Part shown: one piece after another, positions 17,077 to 24,000 of the stretch | Position numbering within the stretch: position 1 is the first letter of the stretch | Layout: each line of letters starts with the position of its first letter | Source of the DNA: Clostridiaceae bacterium | GTDB lineage: Bacteria; Bacillota; Clostridia; Peptostreptococcales; Natronincolaceae | Assembly: GCA_018432235.1 (NCBI GenBank) | Contig: JAHDLO010000015.1 | Location: 262,798 to 286,797, forward strand | Reading direction: 5' to 3' | Length of the DNA: 24,000 nt | Notes under the pieces: model-generated | What the model saw: only the letters and a program-made list of their open reading frames with translations | What the model was told of the DNA's origin: nothing | The model's database searches: none | Position numbers and translations under genes: made by a program

Positions 17077-17736
17077 ATGGATCTTTTCTCTGAGCTTAAG
17101 ATTGGAGAGAAATTAGAAATAGAACCATTGAGGGAGGATAGAAAGGCAGCTGCCAAAAATATCATCGTTAGTCAACTGCTGGATATGAAAGAGGATAAAT
17201 TATATATATCGAGTCCGATTTTAAAGGGATTACCCTATCCGCTATATGTAGGTAATAGGGTAAAGGTAATATTTTTAAGGGAAGATAAAGGAATTTACAG
17301 CTTTGTTGCCGAAATAAAGAAAAAGGTACAGGCACGTTTGACGATTTATGTCATCGAACCTATTAGTGAGGCAGAAAAGACCCAAAGAAGGATATTTTAT
17401 AGGTTGGATATCACAAGGAAGGTAACCTTTAAGCCATTGGAGCAAGATGAGGAAATCATCATCGAGGCAGCCACTAAGGACATCAGCGGAGGTGGTATTA
17501 AGGCCATTTCCAAAAAAGCGATTGCCACAGGCAAAAATGTGGCATGCACCCTATACCTCAGTGATGACTGCGTTGTAACCCTGCAGGGAAACGTAGTGCG
17601 CTGTGTGGTTGATACCAATACCGGTGACTACCAGCTGGGTATATCCTTTCTTGAGGGTAATGACGGTGTCAGAAATAGAATTGTTTCCTTTATATTTGAA
17701 AAGCAAAGAGAATTGAGAAAAAAAGGACTGATATAA
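17077..17736 (+). CDS. PilZ-domain (YcgR/MotI-like) c-di-GMP receptor, putative flagellar brake/clutch
   Basis: The RxxxR motif is within QRRIFYR (nt 17386-17403) and the DxSxxG motif is DISGGG (nt 17479-17496). These are spaced as in canonical PilZ domains and preceded by a roughly 100-aa YcgR-N-like domain. The ATG at 17077 is preferred over the track's GTG at 17065, which abuts the SD AAGGGG. Confidence 0.8.
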   Translation: MDLFSELKIGEKLEIEPLREDRKAAAKNIIVSQLLDMKEDKLYISSPILKGLPYPLYVGNRVKVIFLREDKGIYSFVAEIKKKVQARLTIYVIEPISEAEKTQRRIFYRLDITRKVTFKPLEQDEEIIIEAATKDISGGGIKAISKKAIATGKNVACTLYLSDDCVVTLQGNVVRCVVDTNTGDYQLGISFLEGNDGVRNRIVSFIFEKQRELRKKGLI

Positions 17737-18825
17737 ATGCTTCCGGTGAAAGAGGGTCAAATTAAGGTATTAATAGTTGATGATTCAGCTTTTATGCGTA
17801 AAATTCTTACAGATATTCTAAATAGTGATCCTGAAATCAATGTTGTAGGCTTTGCCAGAAATGGTAAAGAGGCGATAGATAAGGTTATTCAGCTGAAGCC
17901 TACCTTAGTGACAATGGACGTTGAGATGCCGATAATGAGTGGGATAGAAGCACTGAGTCACATTATGCAAAGCCATCCATTGCCGGTGGTAATGCTAAGC
18001 AGCCTCACCTCCGACGGTGCAGAAGCAACTCTGTCGGCTTTAGATCTGGGGGCAGTTGATTTTGTAGAAAAGCCCTCCAGTATATACGCGATAAATCCAA
18101 AGGATATTAAGGCAGAAATTATTGATAAAATTAAGGTAGCCGCCACTGTAAAGGTTGGGAAAAAAGGTGGCTCCGAGAGGATAGTACAGACAATAGAACC
18201 CAGAAGCAGTATGAGAGAAGTTAAAAAGCAAGCCCATGGCGGCAAAAGGCCGCTGATCGCAGTAGGAATTTCAACCGGAGGACCAAGAGCTTTGCAATCT
18301 GTCATACCTGCTCTACCGAAGGGGTTATCAGCACCTGTAGTAATAGTTCAGCATATGCCACCAGGCTTTACGCGTTCTCTGGCAGATAGGTTGAATTCAA
18401 TATCAAATGTTACCGTGAAGGAGGCAGAGGATGGTGAAAAGCTAAAGGATGGATGGGTATACATTGCTCCTGGAGATTTTCACGTAGAGATTGTAGAAGG
18501 TCAATCCAGTGCATTAACTGTAAAACTGACAAAGGATCCGCCGGTTTCAGGCCACAGGCCCTCTGCCGATGTCATGTTCAAGTCTATATCAGGCTTAAGC
18601 AACACCGACGCCATAGCTGTCATTATGACGGGTATGGGCTCCGATGGCTCTAATGGCTTAAAGCTTTTGAAGGAAAGCAAGGGGGCGTATATTATCGCTC
18701 AGGACGAAGAAAGCTGTGTTGTCTATGGTATGCCCAAAAGTGCAGTAAAGCTAGGAATTGTTGATGTGGTTTCACCATTAAGTAGAATAACTAATACTAT
18801 AATTAACAGGTTGGAGGTGTTGTAA
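17737..18825 (+). CDS. cheB: Chemotaxis response regulator/protein-glutamate methylesterase CheB
   Basis: The receiver domain has LIVDDSAFMR and MDVEMP. The methylesterase domain has the catalytic Ser (GISTGGP), His (VVIVQHMP) and Asp (MTGMGSDG) contexts. Confidence 0.95.
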   Translation: MLPVKEGQIKVLIVDDSAFMRKILTDILNSDPEINVVGFARNGKEAIDKVIQLKPTLVTMDVEMPIMSGIEALSHIMQSHPLPVVMLSSLTSDGAEATLSALDLGAVDFVEKPSSIYAINPKDIKAEIIDKIKVAATVKVGKKGGSERIVQTIEPRSSMREVKKQAHGGKRPLIAVGISTGGPRALQSVIPALPKGLSAPVVIVQHMPPGFTRSLADRLNSISNVTVKEAEDGEKLKDGWVYIAPGDFHVEIVEGQSSALTVKLTKDPPVSGHRPSADVMFKSISGLSNTDAIAVIMTGMGSDGSNGLKLLKESKGAYIIAQDEESCVVYGMPKSAVKLGIVDVVSPLSRITNTIINRLEVL

Positions 18826-18826
18826 A

Positions 18827-20845
18827 ATGGATATGAGTCAATATTTAGACATATTCATTGAAGAGTCAAAGGAACATTTGCAAAACATGAATCAAACCCT
18901 GCTGCAGCTTGAGCAATCCCCGGAGGAATTGAGCCTATTGAATGAAATTTTCAGAATAGCCCATACCCTTAAAGGAATGTCCAGCACAATGGGCTTTACC
19001 AACATAGCCCATCTTACCCATGAGATGGAGAATCAGCTTCATGCGATTAGAAGTGGTGAGTTGAAGATAAACACAAAAATCATAGACATATTATTTACCT
19101 GCTTCGATCAACTGGACAAGTATATCGGGCAGGTTGAGATGAATGGCAGTGAAGGTGACATGATTTCCGGAGAGCTAATCAAGCAGCTGGAGGCTTTGCA
19201 GGCTACAGCCAACAACACCCCAAGCCCTGTTGCCGGAGATGACATAACAATAAATCCACAGCTAAACATTCAATTAAACGAATATGTACATAATGTATTA
19301 CGAAAGGCGGCGGCAGAGGATTTAAACACCTATATGGTAAAAATTACCTTAGATGCTAAGTGCATGTTAAAATCCGCCCGTGCCTACATTATTATTAATA
19401 CGCTAGAGCGTCTGTCGGAAATTATCCACTCTAATCCAAGTATAGAGGATATAGAGGATGAAAAGTTTGAGCATAGCTTTGAACTGGTGGTGGTAGCTAA
19501 GTCAGATAAGAGGATTCTGGAGAAGGAGCTAAATGCCATATCTGAAATAGAATCCATTGAAATCGTTGATTTGAAGGCTAATGACATTACCATTGAAAAG
19601 AGCGAAGATGAGTCCATTACTTTAATGGAGACAGAAGATGAGCATCAGCAGACCTCGGCAAACCAAAATGAAAATAGAAGTAAAAAAGGAAAAACAGGCA
19701 AAACCGTTAGGGTAGATATAGATCGATTGGATAATCTGATGAATCTGGTAAGTGAGCTAATCATTATAAAAACCAGGCTGGAGGATATCGATGGTTCAAA
19801 TAGCAACCACAACAATATGCATGAGGCTATTGAATACATGGAAAGAATTACCACCAGCCTACACGATGCAGTTATGAAGGTTAGGATGGTGCCAATAGAA
19901 AGAGTTTTCAATCGTTTTCCAAGGATGGTCAGAGACCTTTCCAGAGATTTAGGCAAGGAGATAACCCTGTTTATGTCGGGTGAGGAGACTGAGGTTGATA
20001 GAACGGTCATTGATGAAATAGGCGATCCCCTCATTCACCTTATCAGAAATTCCATTGACCATGGGATAGAGGACCCTGAGACTAGAGCAAGGTCCAACAA
20101 GGCTAAAAACGGAACCGTTAGGTTGGTTGCTTATCCCGATGGCAATAGCGTTGTCATCGAGGTAGAGGACGATGGTAAGGGAATAGATATAGAGAAGGTT
20201 AAAAATAAGGGTCTTGAAAGAGGCATTATAACGCCGGCTCAAGGTCAATCAATGGATGATAATGAGATCATTCAGCTGCTTTTCCATCCTGGCTTTAGTA
20301 CTGCTGATAAAATTTCTGATATATCCGGCAGAGGGGTAGGCTTGGACGTTGTTAAGACCAAAATTGAATCCCTTGGTGGCGTAGTTGAGGTGGATACAAG
20401 AAGTGGAAGGGGTAGCAAGTTTATCATACGTCTGCCGCTGACTTTAGCTATTATTCAAGCGCTATTGGTTAATATAGGGGCTGAAAAATATGCAATACCA
20501 CTTAATAACATTAAAGAAATTACTACAATTGAAGCCAATACCATCAGAAGAGTACAGAATAACGAGGTAGTTCTTTATCGTAACGCAACGCTACCGATTA
20601 TGAGGCTTTCAAATCTGCTGAATGTACAGACGGATGAGACTCTCGATACGGAGGAATACATCGTTGTTATAGTTAAAAAGGGAGATAAGACGGCAGGCTT
20701 AATAGTTGATCATCTGATAGGACAGCAGGAGATCGTCATTAAATCCTTAGGCAAGTTCCTTTCTAATATTAAGGCGATTGCAGGAGCAACTATATTGGGT
20801 AATGGTTCTGTCGCTTTAATTGTAGACACAAATTCATTTTTTTAA
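18827..20845 (+). CDS. cheA: Chemotaxis histidine kinase CheA
   Basis: SD GGAGGTG (18813-18819). The HPt site is AHTLKGMSSTMGF. The N-box HLIRNSIDHGIE, G1 DDGKGID, F-box FHPGFST and G2 GRGVGLDVV are all present. A C-terminal CheW-like domain completes the protein. Confidence 0.97.
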   Translation: MDMSQYLDIFIEESKEHLQNMNQTLLQLEQSPEELSLLNEIFRIAHTLKGMSSTMGFTNIAHLTHEMENQLHAIRSGELKINTKIIDILFTCFDQLDKYIGQVEMNGSEGDMISGELIKQLEALQATANNTPSPVAGDDITINPQLNIQLNEYVHNVLRKAAAEDLNTYMVKITLDAKCMLKSARAYIIINTLERLSEIIHSNPSIEDIEDEKFEHSFELVVVAKSDKRILEKELNAISEIESIEIVDLKANDITIEKSEDESITLMETEDEHQQTSANQNENRSKKGKTGKTVRVDIDRLDNLMNLVSELIIIKTRLEDIDGSNSNHNNMHEAIEYMERITTSLHDAVMKVRMVPIERVFNRFPRMVRDLSRDLGKEITLFMSGEETEVDRTVIDEIGDPLIHLIRNSIDHGIEDPETRARSNKAKNGTVRLVAYPDGNSVVIEVEDDGKGIDIEKVKNKGLERGIITPAQGQSMDDNEIIQLLFHPGFSTADKISDISGRGVGLDVVKTKIESLGGVVEVDTRSGRGSKFIIRLPLTLAIIQALLVNIGAEKYAIPLNNIKEITTIEANTIRRVQNNEVVLYRNATLPIMRLSNLLNVQTDETLDTEEYIVVIVKKGDKTAGLIVDHLIGQQEIVIKSLGKFLSNIKAIAGATILGNGSVALIVDTNSFF

Positions 20846-20858
20846 GGGGTGAAGGCCA

Positions 20859-21308
20859 GTGAGTAATCATTTAGAAAACAATAATCAATATGTAATTTTT
20901 AAGCTGGAAAATGAATTCTATGGTATACCCATCAATTATGTTGAGACGATAGAAAAGGTTCTAGAGCTAACCAGGGTACCCAACACCCCCGACTATGTAA
21001 AGGGGGTAATCAACCTTAGGGGTGTGGTTGTACCGGTGGTTGATTTAAGACAGCGGTTCAACCTGAAAACGAAGGCCATAGCTGATGAATCTAGAATTAT
21101 TATTCTTTCTATCGAAGAGGTGGTTGTTGGACTTTTGGTGGATAATTCATCTGAGGTAATAACAATTATGGAAGAAGCAATAGACAGCACCAGCAACCTA
21201 GTGAACTCATTTGAAGACGATTATATAAAGGGAATAGGCAAGGTTGACGATAGAATGATTATAATAGTAGATATTCCTAAAATATTGGGAATAGCTATGG
21301 AAAGCTAA
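20859..21308 (+). CDS. cheW: Chemotaxis coupling protein CheW
   Basis: GTG start after SD AAGGGGTGAAGG (20844-20855). This is a 149-aa single CheW domain (YVIFKLENEFYGIPINYVETI...VKGVINLRGVVVPVVDLRQRF). Confidence 0.9.
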   Translation: MSNHLENNNQYVIFKLENEFYGIPINYVETIEKVLELTRVPNTPDYVKGVINLRGVVVPVVDLRQRFNLKTKAIADESRIIILSIEEVVVGLLVDNSSEVITIMEEAIDSTSNLVNSFEDDYIKGIGKVDDRMIIIVDIPKILGIAMES

Positions 21309-21323
21309 TAAAGGTGGTGTAAA

Positions 21324-21941
21324 ATGACATTTTCATTAGAGGATTTAAATAATGAGCATATTGATGTCTTAAGAGAGGTTGGAAATATTGGTGCAGGCAA
21401 TGCTGCGACCGCACTGGCCAAAATGGTTCAAAAGAAAATCGATATGGACGTACCAATTGTGCAAATTCTCTCCTTTGAGGATGTAGCAGCAATTTTAGGC
21501 GGAGAAGAAATGGTGGTTTCAGGCATTTATTTTCAGGTGGAGGGAGATATCAACGGCAATATCATGTTCGTGCTGGATATCGCCTCCTCCAAGGTGCTGA
21601 CCGGGATGCTTATGGGCAGGGATGATTATAGCGGTGATCTAGATGATATGGACTATTCTGCACTGCAGGAAATAGGAAATATTCTTTCAGGCTCATATAT
21701 TTCCTCTTTAAATATGCTGACAGGGCTGAAGCTTAAGCTTTCTGTACCCTCACTATGTGTGGATATGGCGGGAGCGATATTAAGTGTTCCTGCAATCCAA
21801 TTTTCTCAAACCGGTGATAAGGTTGTATTGATCGAGACGATATTAAAGGACGGCAACAGTCTAGTGAAGGGTAATTTTTTCCTGATTCCTGATGAACCCT
21901 CCTTCATAATTCTATTAAAAAGTCTGGGAGTGTTAAGATAA
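21324..21941 (+). CDS. cheC: CheY-P phosphatase CheC
   Basis: Both CheC active-site motifs are present: DVLREVGN and SALQEIGN (D/S-x3-E-x2-N). At 205 aa it lies upstream of cheD, as in B. subtilis. Confidence 0.9.
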   Translation: MTFSLEDLNNEHIDVLREVGNIGAGNAATALAKMVQKKIDMDVPIVQILSFEDVAAILGGEEMVVSGIYFQVEGDINGNIMFVLDIASSKVLTGMLMGRDDYSGDLDDMDYSALQEIGNILSGSYISSLNMLTGLKLKLSVPSLCVDMAGAILSVPAIQFSQTGDKVVLIETILKDGNSLVKGNFFLIPDEPSFIILLKSLGVLR

Positions 21942-21942
21942 A

Positions 21943-22431
21943 ATGCAGAAGGTTATAAAGGTTGGTATGGCAGACTTAAAAATTGTTTCAGAGCCGGATG
22001 TTTTAACTACTTTGGGTTTGGGCTCCTGTGTGGGCATAGCCCTATATGATAAAGTCACTAAGATAGCAGGCTTGGCCCATATAATGCTCCCAGACAGCAG
22101 CCAGATTAAAAATAATCAGAATCTTGCTAAATTTGCAGATACAGCAATCAATTTATTGGTTTCTGAAATGATACAAAAGGGTGCAGGTCCCGGACGATTG
22201 ACGGCGAAAATATCTGGGGGATCTCAGATGTTTTCCTTTGGATCAAACGGCAGTGATTTAATGAAAATAGGCTATCGTAATGTGGTTGCAACCAAAGAAA
22301 TATTAAGCAAGCTACGGATTCCTATCCTTTCAGAGGATACAGGGGGAAACTATGGTAGAACCATCGAGTTCTATTCAGAAAATGGCAATTTACTAGTCAA
22401 AACCATTGGGCATGGGGTAAAGATTATCTAA
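21943..22431 (+). CDS. cheD: Chemoreceptor glutamine deamidase CheD
   Basis: The conserved catalytic Cys context is present (TLGLGSCVGIALYD), as is the His context (AGLAHIMLP). The protein is 162 aa. Confidence 0.9.
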   Translation: MQKVIKVGMADLKIVSEPDVLTTLGLGSCVGIALYDKVTKIAGLAHIMLPDSSQIKNNQNLAKFADTAINLLVSEMIQKGAGPGRLTAKISGGSQMFSFGSNGSDLMKIGYRNVVATKEILSKLRIPILSEDTGGNYGRTIEFYSENGNLLVKTIGHGVKII

Positions 22432-22464
22432 CTATGTTACACTATACATACCGGGAGGCTGTCT

Positions 22465-23190
22465 ATGGAACATTTAAGCCTATGGCAAAAATATAAGAAA
22501 TCTAATGATTTAGATGCCAAGAACAGTTTAATTGAAAAGTACATAGAGATAGTAAAGATAGTTGCCGGAAGGCTTTATAGCAGCTATGGCGCCAATGTTG
22601 AATATGAGGATTTAGTCAGCTATGGGATATTCGGATTGATTGATGCTATTGAGAAGTTTGAAATCGACAAGAATGTAAAATTCGAAACCTACTCACAAAT
22701 CCGTATTCGTGGTGCAATTATTGATCAGCTTCGCAATCTGGATTGGATTCCTAGGTCCGTAAGGCAAAAGGCTAAGGACGTGGAAAACGCCTATCAAAGG
22801 CTTGAGAATAACCTGGGGAGAAGTGCAGCGGATTTCGAAGTAGCAAAGGAGCTGAATGTTTCTCTTCAGGATTTTCAGGGAATATTGCAGCAGATCAATA
22901 ATTTAAGCGTTATTTCTATAGAGGAAAAGCTGTACGATGGCTATGTCAATCAGATTTCCGAGCCGGAAAATCAGTCGCCTGAGGATATTGTATGCAATCT
23001 GGAGGTATTCAAAACCTTAAAGGATAGTATAGATTTGCTCCCGGAAAGAGAACGAGAGGTTATTTCTCTATATTACTACGATGAGCTTACCTATAAGGAG
23101 ATTGGTGCAGCATTGGGCGTATCTGAGTCAAGGGTGTCTCAGCTTCACTCAAAGGCAATTTCGCGGCTGAAGACAAAATTGAACTACTAG
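22465..23190 (+). CDS. sigD: Flagellar alternative sigma factor SigD/FliA (sigma-28)
   Basis: SD GGGAGG (22453-22458). Region 2 (DLVSYGIFGLIDAIEKFE...FETYSQIRIRGAIID), region 3 (WIPRSVRQKA) and the region 4.2 HTH (LTYKEIGAALGVSESRVSQLHSKAISRLK) are all recognisable. It is the terminal gene of the che block, as in B. subtilis. Confidence 0.92.
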   Translation: MEHLSLWQKYKKSNDLDAKNSLIEKYIEIVKIVAGRLYSSYGANVEYEDLVSYGIFGLIDAIEKFEIDKNVKFETYSQIRIRGAIIDQLRNLDWIPRSVRQKAKDVENAYQRLENNLGRSAADFEVAKELNVSLQDFQGILQQINNLSVISIEEKLYDGYVNQISEPENQSPEDIVCNLEVFKTLKDSIDLLPEREREVISLYYYDELTYKEIGAALGVSESRVSQLHSKAISRLKTKLNY

Positions 23191-23261
23191 TGCTTCAATA
23201 ATTGTGTTATGTTCTAGTGTGCCAATACTTTAGATTAAAGTATAGGAAGGAGAGTATCGGG

Positions 23262-24000
23262 ATGGATAGCATGGGGATCAACAAAGCGTATATAATTGCA
23301 GAGGGGGAAACCTACCAAGAGGCGCTAGCCTCTGGTTTAGAAAGTCTTAAACTGACAAAGGATGAGGTAGAGGTCGAGATAATAGAGGAGAAAAGACCTT
23401 CCTTTTTCAAAAAAGGTGTATGTAAGCTGAAGCTCACACCATTAATTTCAAAATCCCTTAACACTTCAACTGATACTGTAGCAGGAGCCTTAGATTTTGA
23501 CACAGTGATTGAAGGCGCTGAAAAGATTGTAAATGAAATAAACTCAAGGGAAATTGAAGCCTCGATGCCGTATTTGATAGAGTACAAAGAGGATGGTGTA
23601 TATGTCACCACCAAAAATCTTACAGGCATCAATGTTAAAAAAGCAATGGAGGACCTACTCAAGGCTTTAAATAAAAAATCTGTTAAGGATATAGAAGCAC
23701 CACAGATAACAGTGGCCTTTAACCAAGAGGAGATTCCCACTAGAATAGCGCCACCGCAGCAGGAGGTACTAATAGATAGCGCGGTTTATTATGAAATTGC
23801 CAGGGATAAGCTGGAGGCCAAAATACTAGTAACAGCCCCAGATGGGGGAAAGACCTTTAGCTTTGATGAACTAAAGAATGAGCTTTTTAATAAAAAGATC
23901 ATCTATGGTATTAAAGAAGAGGTAATAAGAGATATCGTTGAAAACGGAAGATTTGAGGTTTGGTTCACAGTGGCGGAGGGGAAGGGTCCTGTTAATGGCA
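23262..24000 (+). CDS. FapA/DUF342-family protein with Jag_N-like N-terminus, 3'-truncated by the window edge
   Basis: This ORF is not in the supplied track because it runs off the window. The ATG at 23262 follows SD AGGAAGGAG (23244-23252), and the frame is open to nt 24000. My translation begins MDSMGINKAYIIAEGETYQEALASGLESLKLTKDEVEVEIIEEKRPSFFKKG. It continues ...YYEIARDKLEAKILVTAPDGGKTFSFDELKNELFNKKIIYGIKEEVIRDIVENGRFEVWFTVAEGKGPVNG, which fits the DUF342/FapA pattern. Confidence 0.7.
   Translation, partial: MDSMGINKAYIIAEGETYQEALASGLESLKLTKDEVEVEIIEEKRPSFFKKGVCKLKLTPLISKSLNTSTDTVAGALDFDTVIEGAEKIVNEINSREIEASMPYLIEYKEDGVYVTTKNLTGINVKKAMEDLLKALNKKSVKDIEAPQITVAFNQEEIPTRIAPPQQEVLIDSAVYYEIARDKLEAKILVTAPDGGKTFSFDELKNELFNKKIIYGIKEEVIRDIVENGRFEVWFTVAEGKGPVNG

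Noticed and set aside
23221-23243. A sigma-D-like -10 element GCCAATAC (23221-23228) and an AT-rich 8-bp hairpin, ATACTTTA (23225-23232) with TAAAGTAT (23236-23243), between sigD and the FapA-like gene.
   Set aside because: No TAAA -35 element lies at the required spacing of about 15 nt, and the -10 has two mismatches to GCCGATAT. The hairpin is all A/T except one pair, has a 3-nt loop and is probably too weak to matter.
23312-23740. A 142-aa minus-strand ORF downstream of sigD.
   Set aside because: It is antisense to a better-supported plus-strand ORF (23262 to beyond 24000), which has a strong SD and DUF342/FapA-like sequence. The minus-strand product shows no recognisable motifs.
1-24000. 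A search for CRISPR arrays, transposase or integrase genes, tRNA/rRNA genes, inverted-repeat-bounded insertions or defence-type gene cassettes.
   Set aside because: None was found. Every sizeable ORF is accounted for by a flagellar or chemotaxis family. The coding strand, gene spacing and apparent base composition are uniform across the window.

Overview
The whole window is one tightly packed, plus-strand block of a Firmicute-type (Bacillus/Clostridia-like) fla/che flagellum-chemotaxis operon. Gene order: fliJ (5' partial), ylxF/flbB-like, fliK, flgD, TIGR02530-like ORF, flgE, flbD, motA, fliL, fliM, fliY, cheY, fliO, fliP, fliQ, fliR, flhB, flhA, flhF, flhG, PilZ gene, cheB, cheA, cheW, cheC, cheD, sigD, FapA/DUF342-like (3' partial). 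This is collinear with the B. subtilis fla/che operon. Most genes have Shine-Dalgarno sites. Several junctions overlap, suggesting translational coupling: fliM/fliY by 8 nt, fliO/fliP by 1 nt (TAATG), flhB/flhA by 4 nt (ATGA), flhA/flhF by 1 nt (TAATG). Three genes appear to use non-ATG starts: motA (TTG), fliM (TTG) and cheW (GTG). I saw no tRNA, rRNA, CRISPR array, transposase or integrase. All minus-strand ORFs in the track look like antisense artefacts. I do not see an undescribed system here; this is a conserved core-motility locus. The features worth a second look are modest departures from the canonical layout. They are a motA with no adjacent motB, an oversized ylxF-like protein with repeated MgtE_N-like motifs, and the only large intergenic gap (189 nt, before cheY), which carries a sigma-A-like promoter. 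The others are a strong GC-rich hairpin without a U-tract after flgE, a c-di-GMP-competent PilZ gene embedded between flhG and cheB, and two conserved genes of unknown function. All family assignments come from reading motifs by eye and were not checked against any database.
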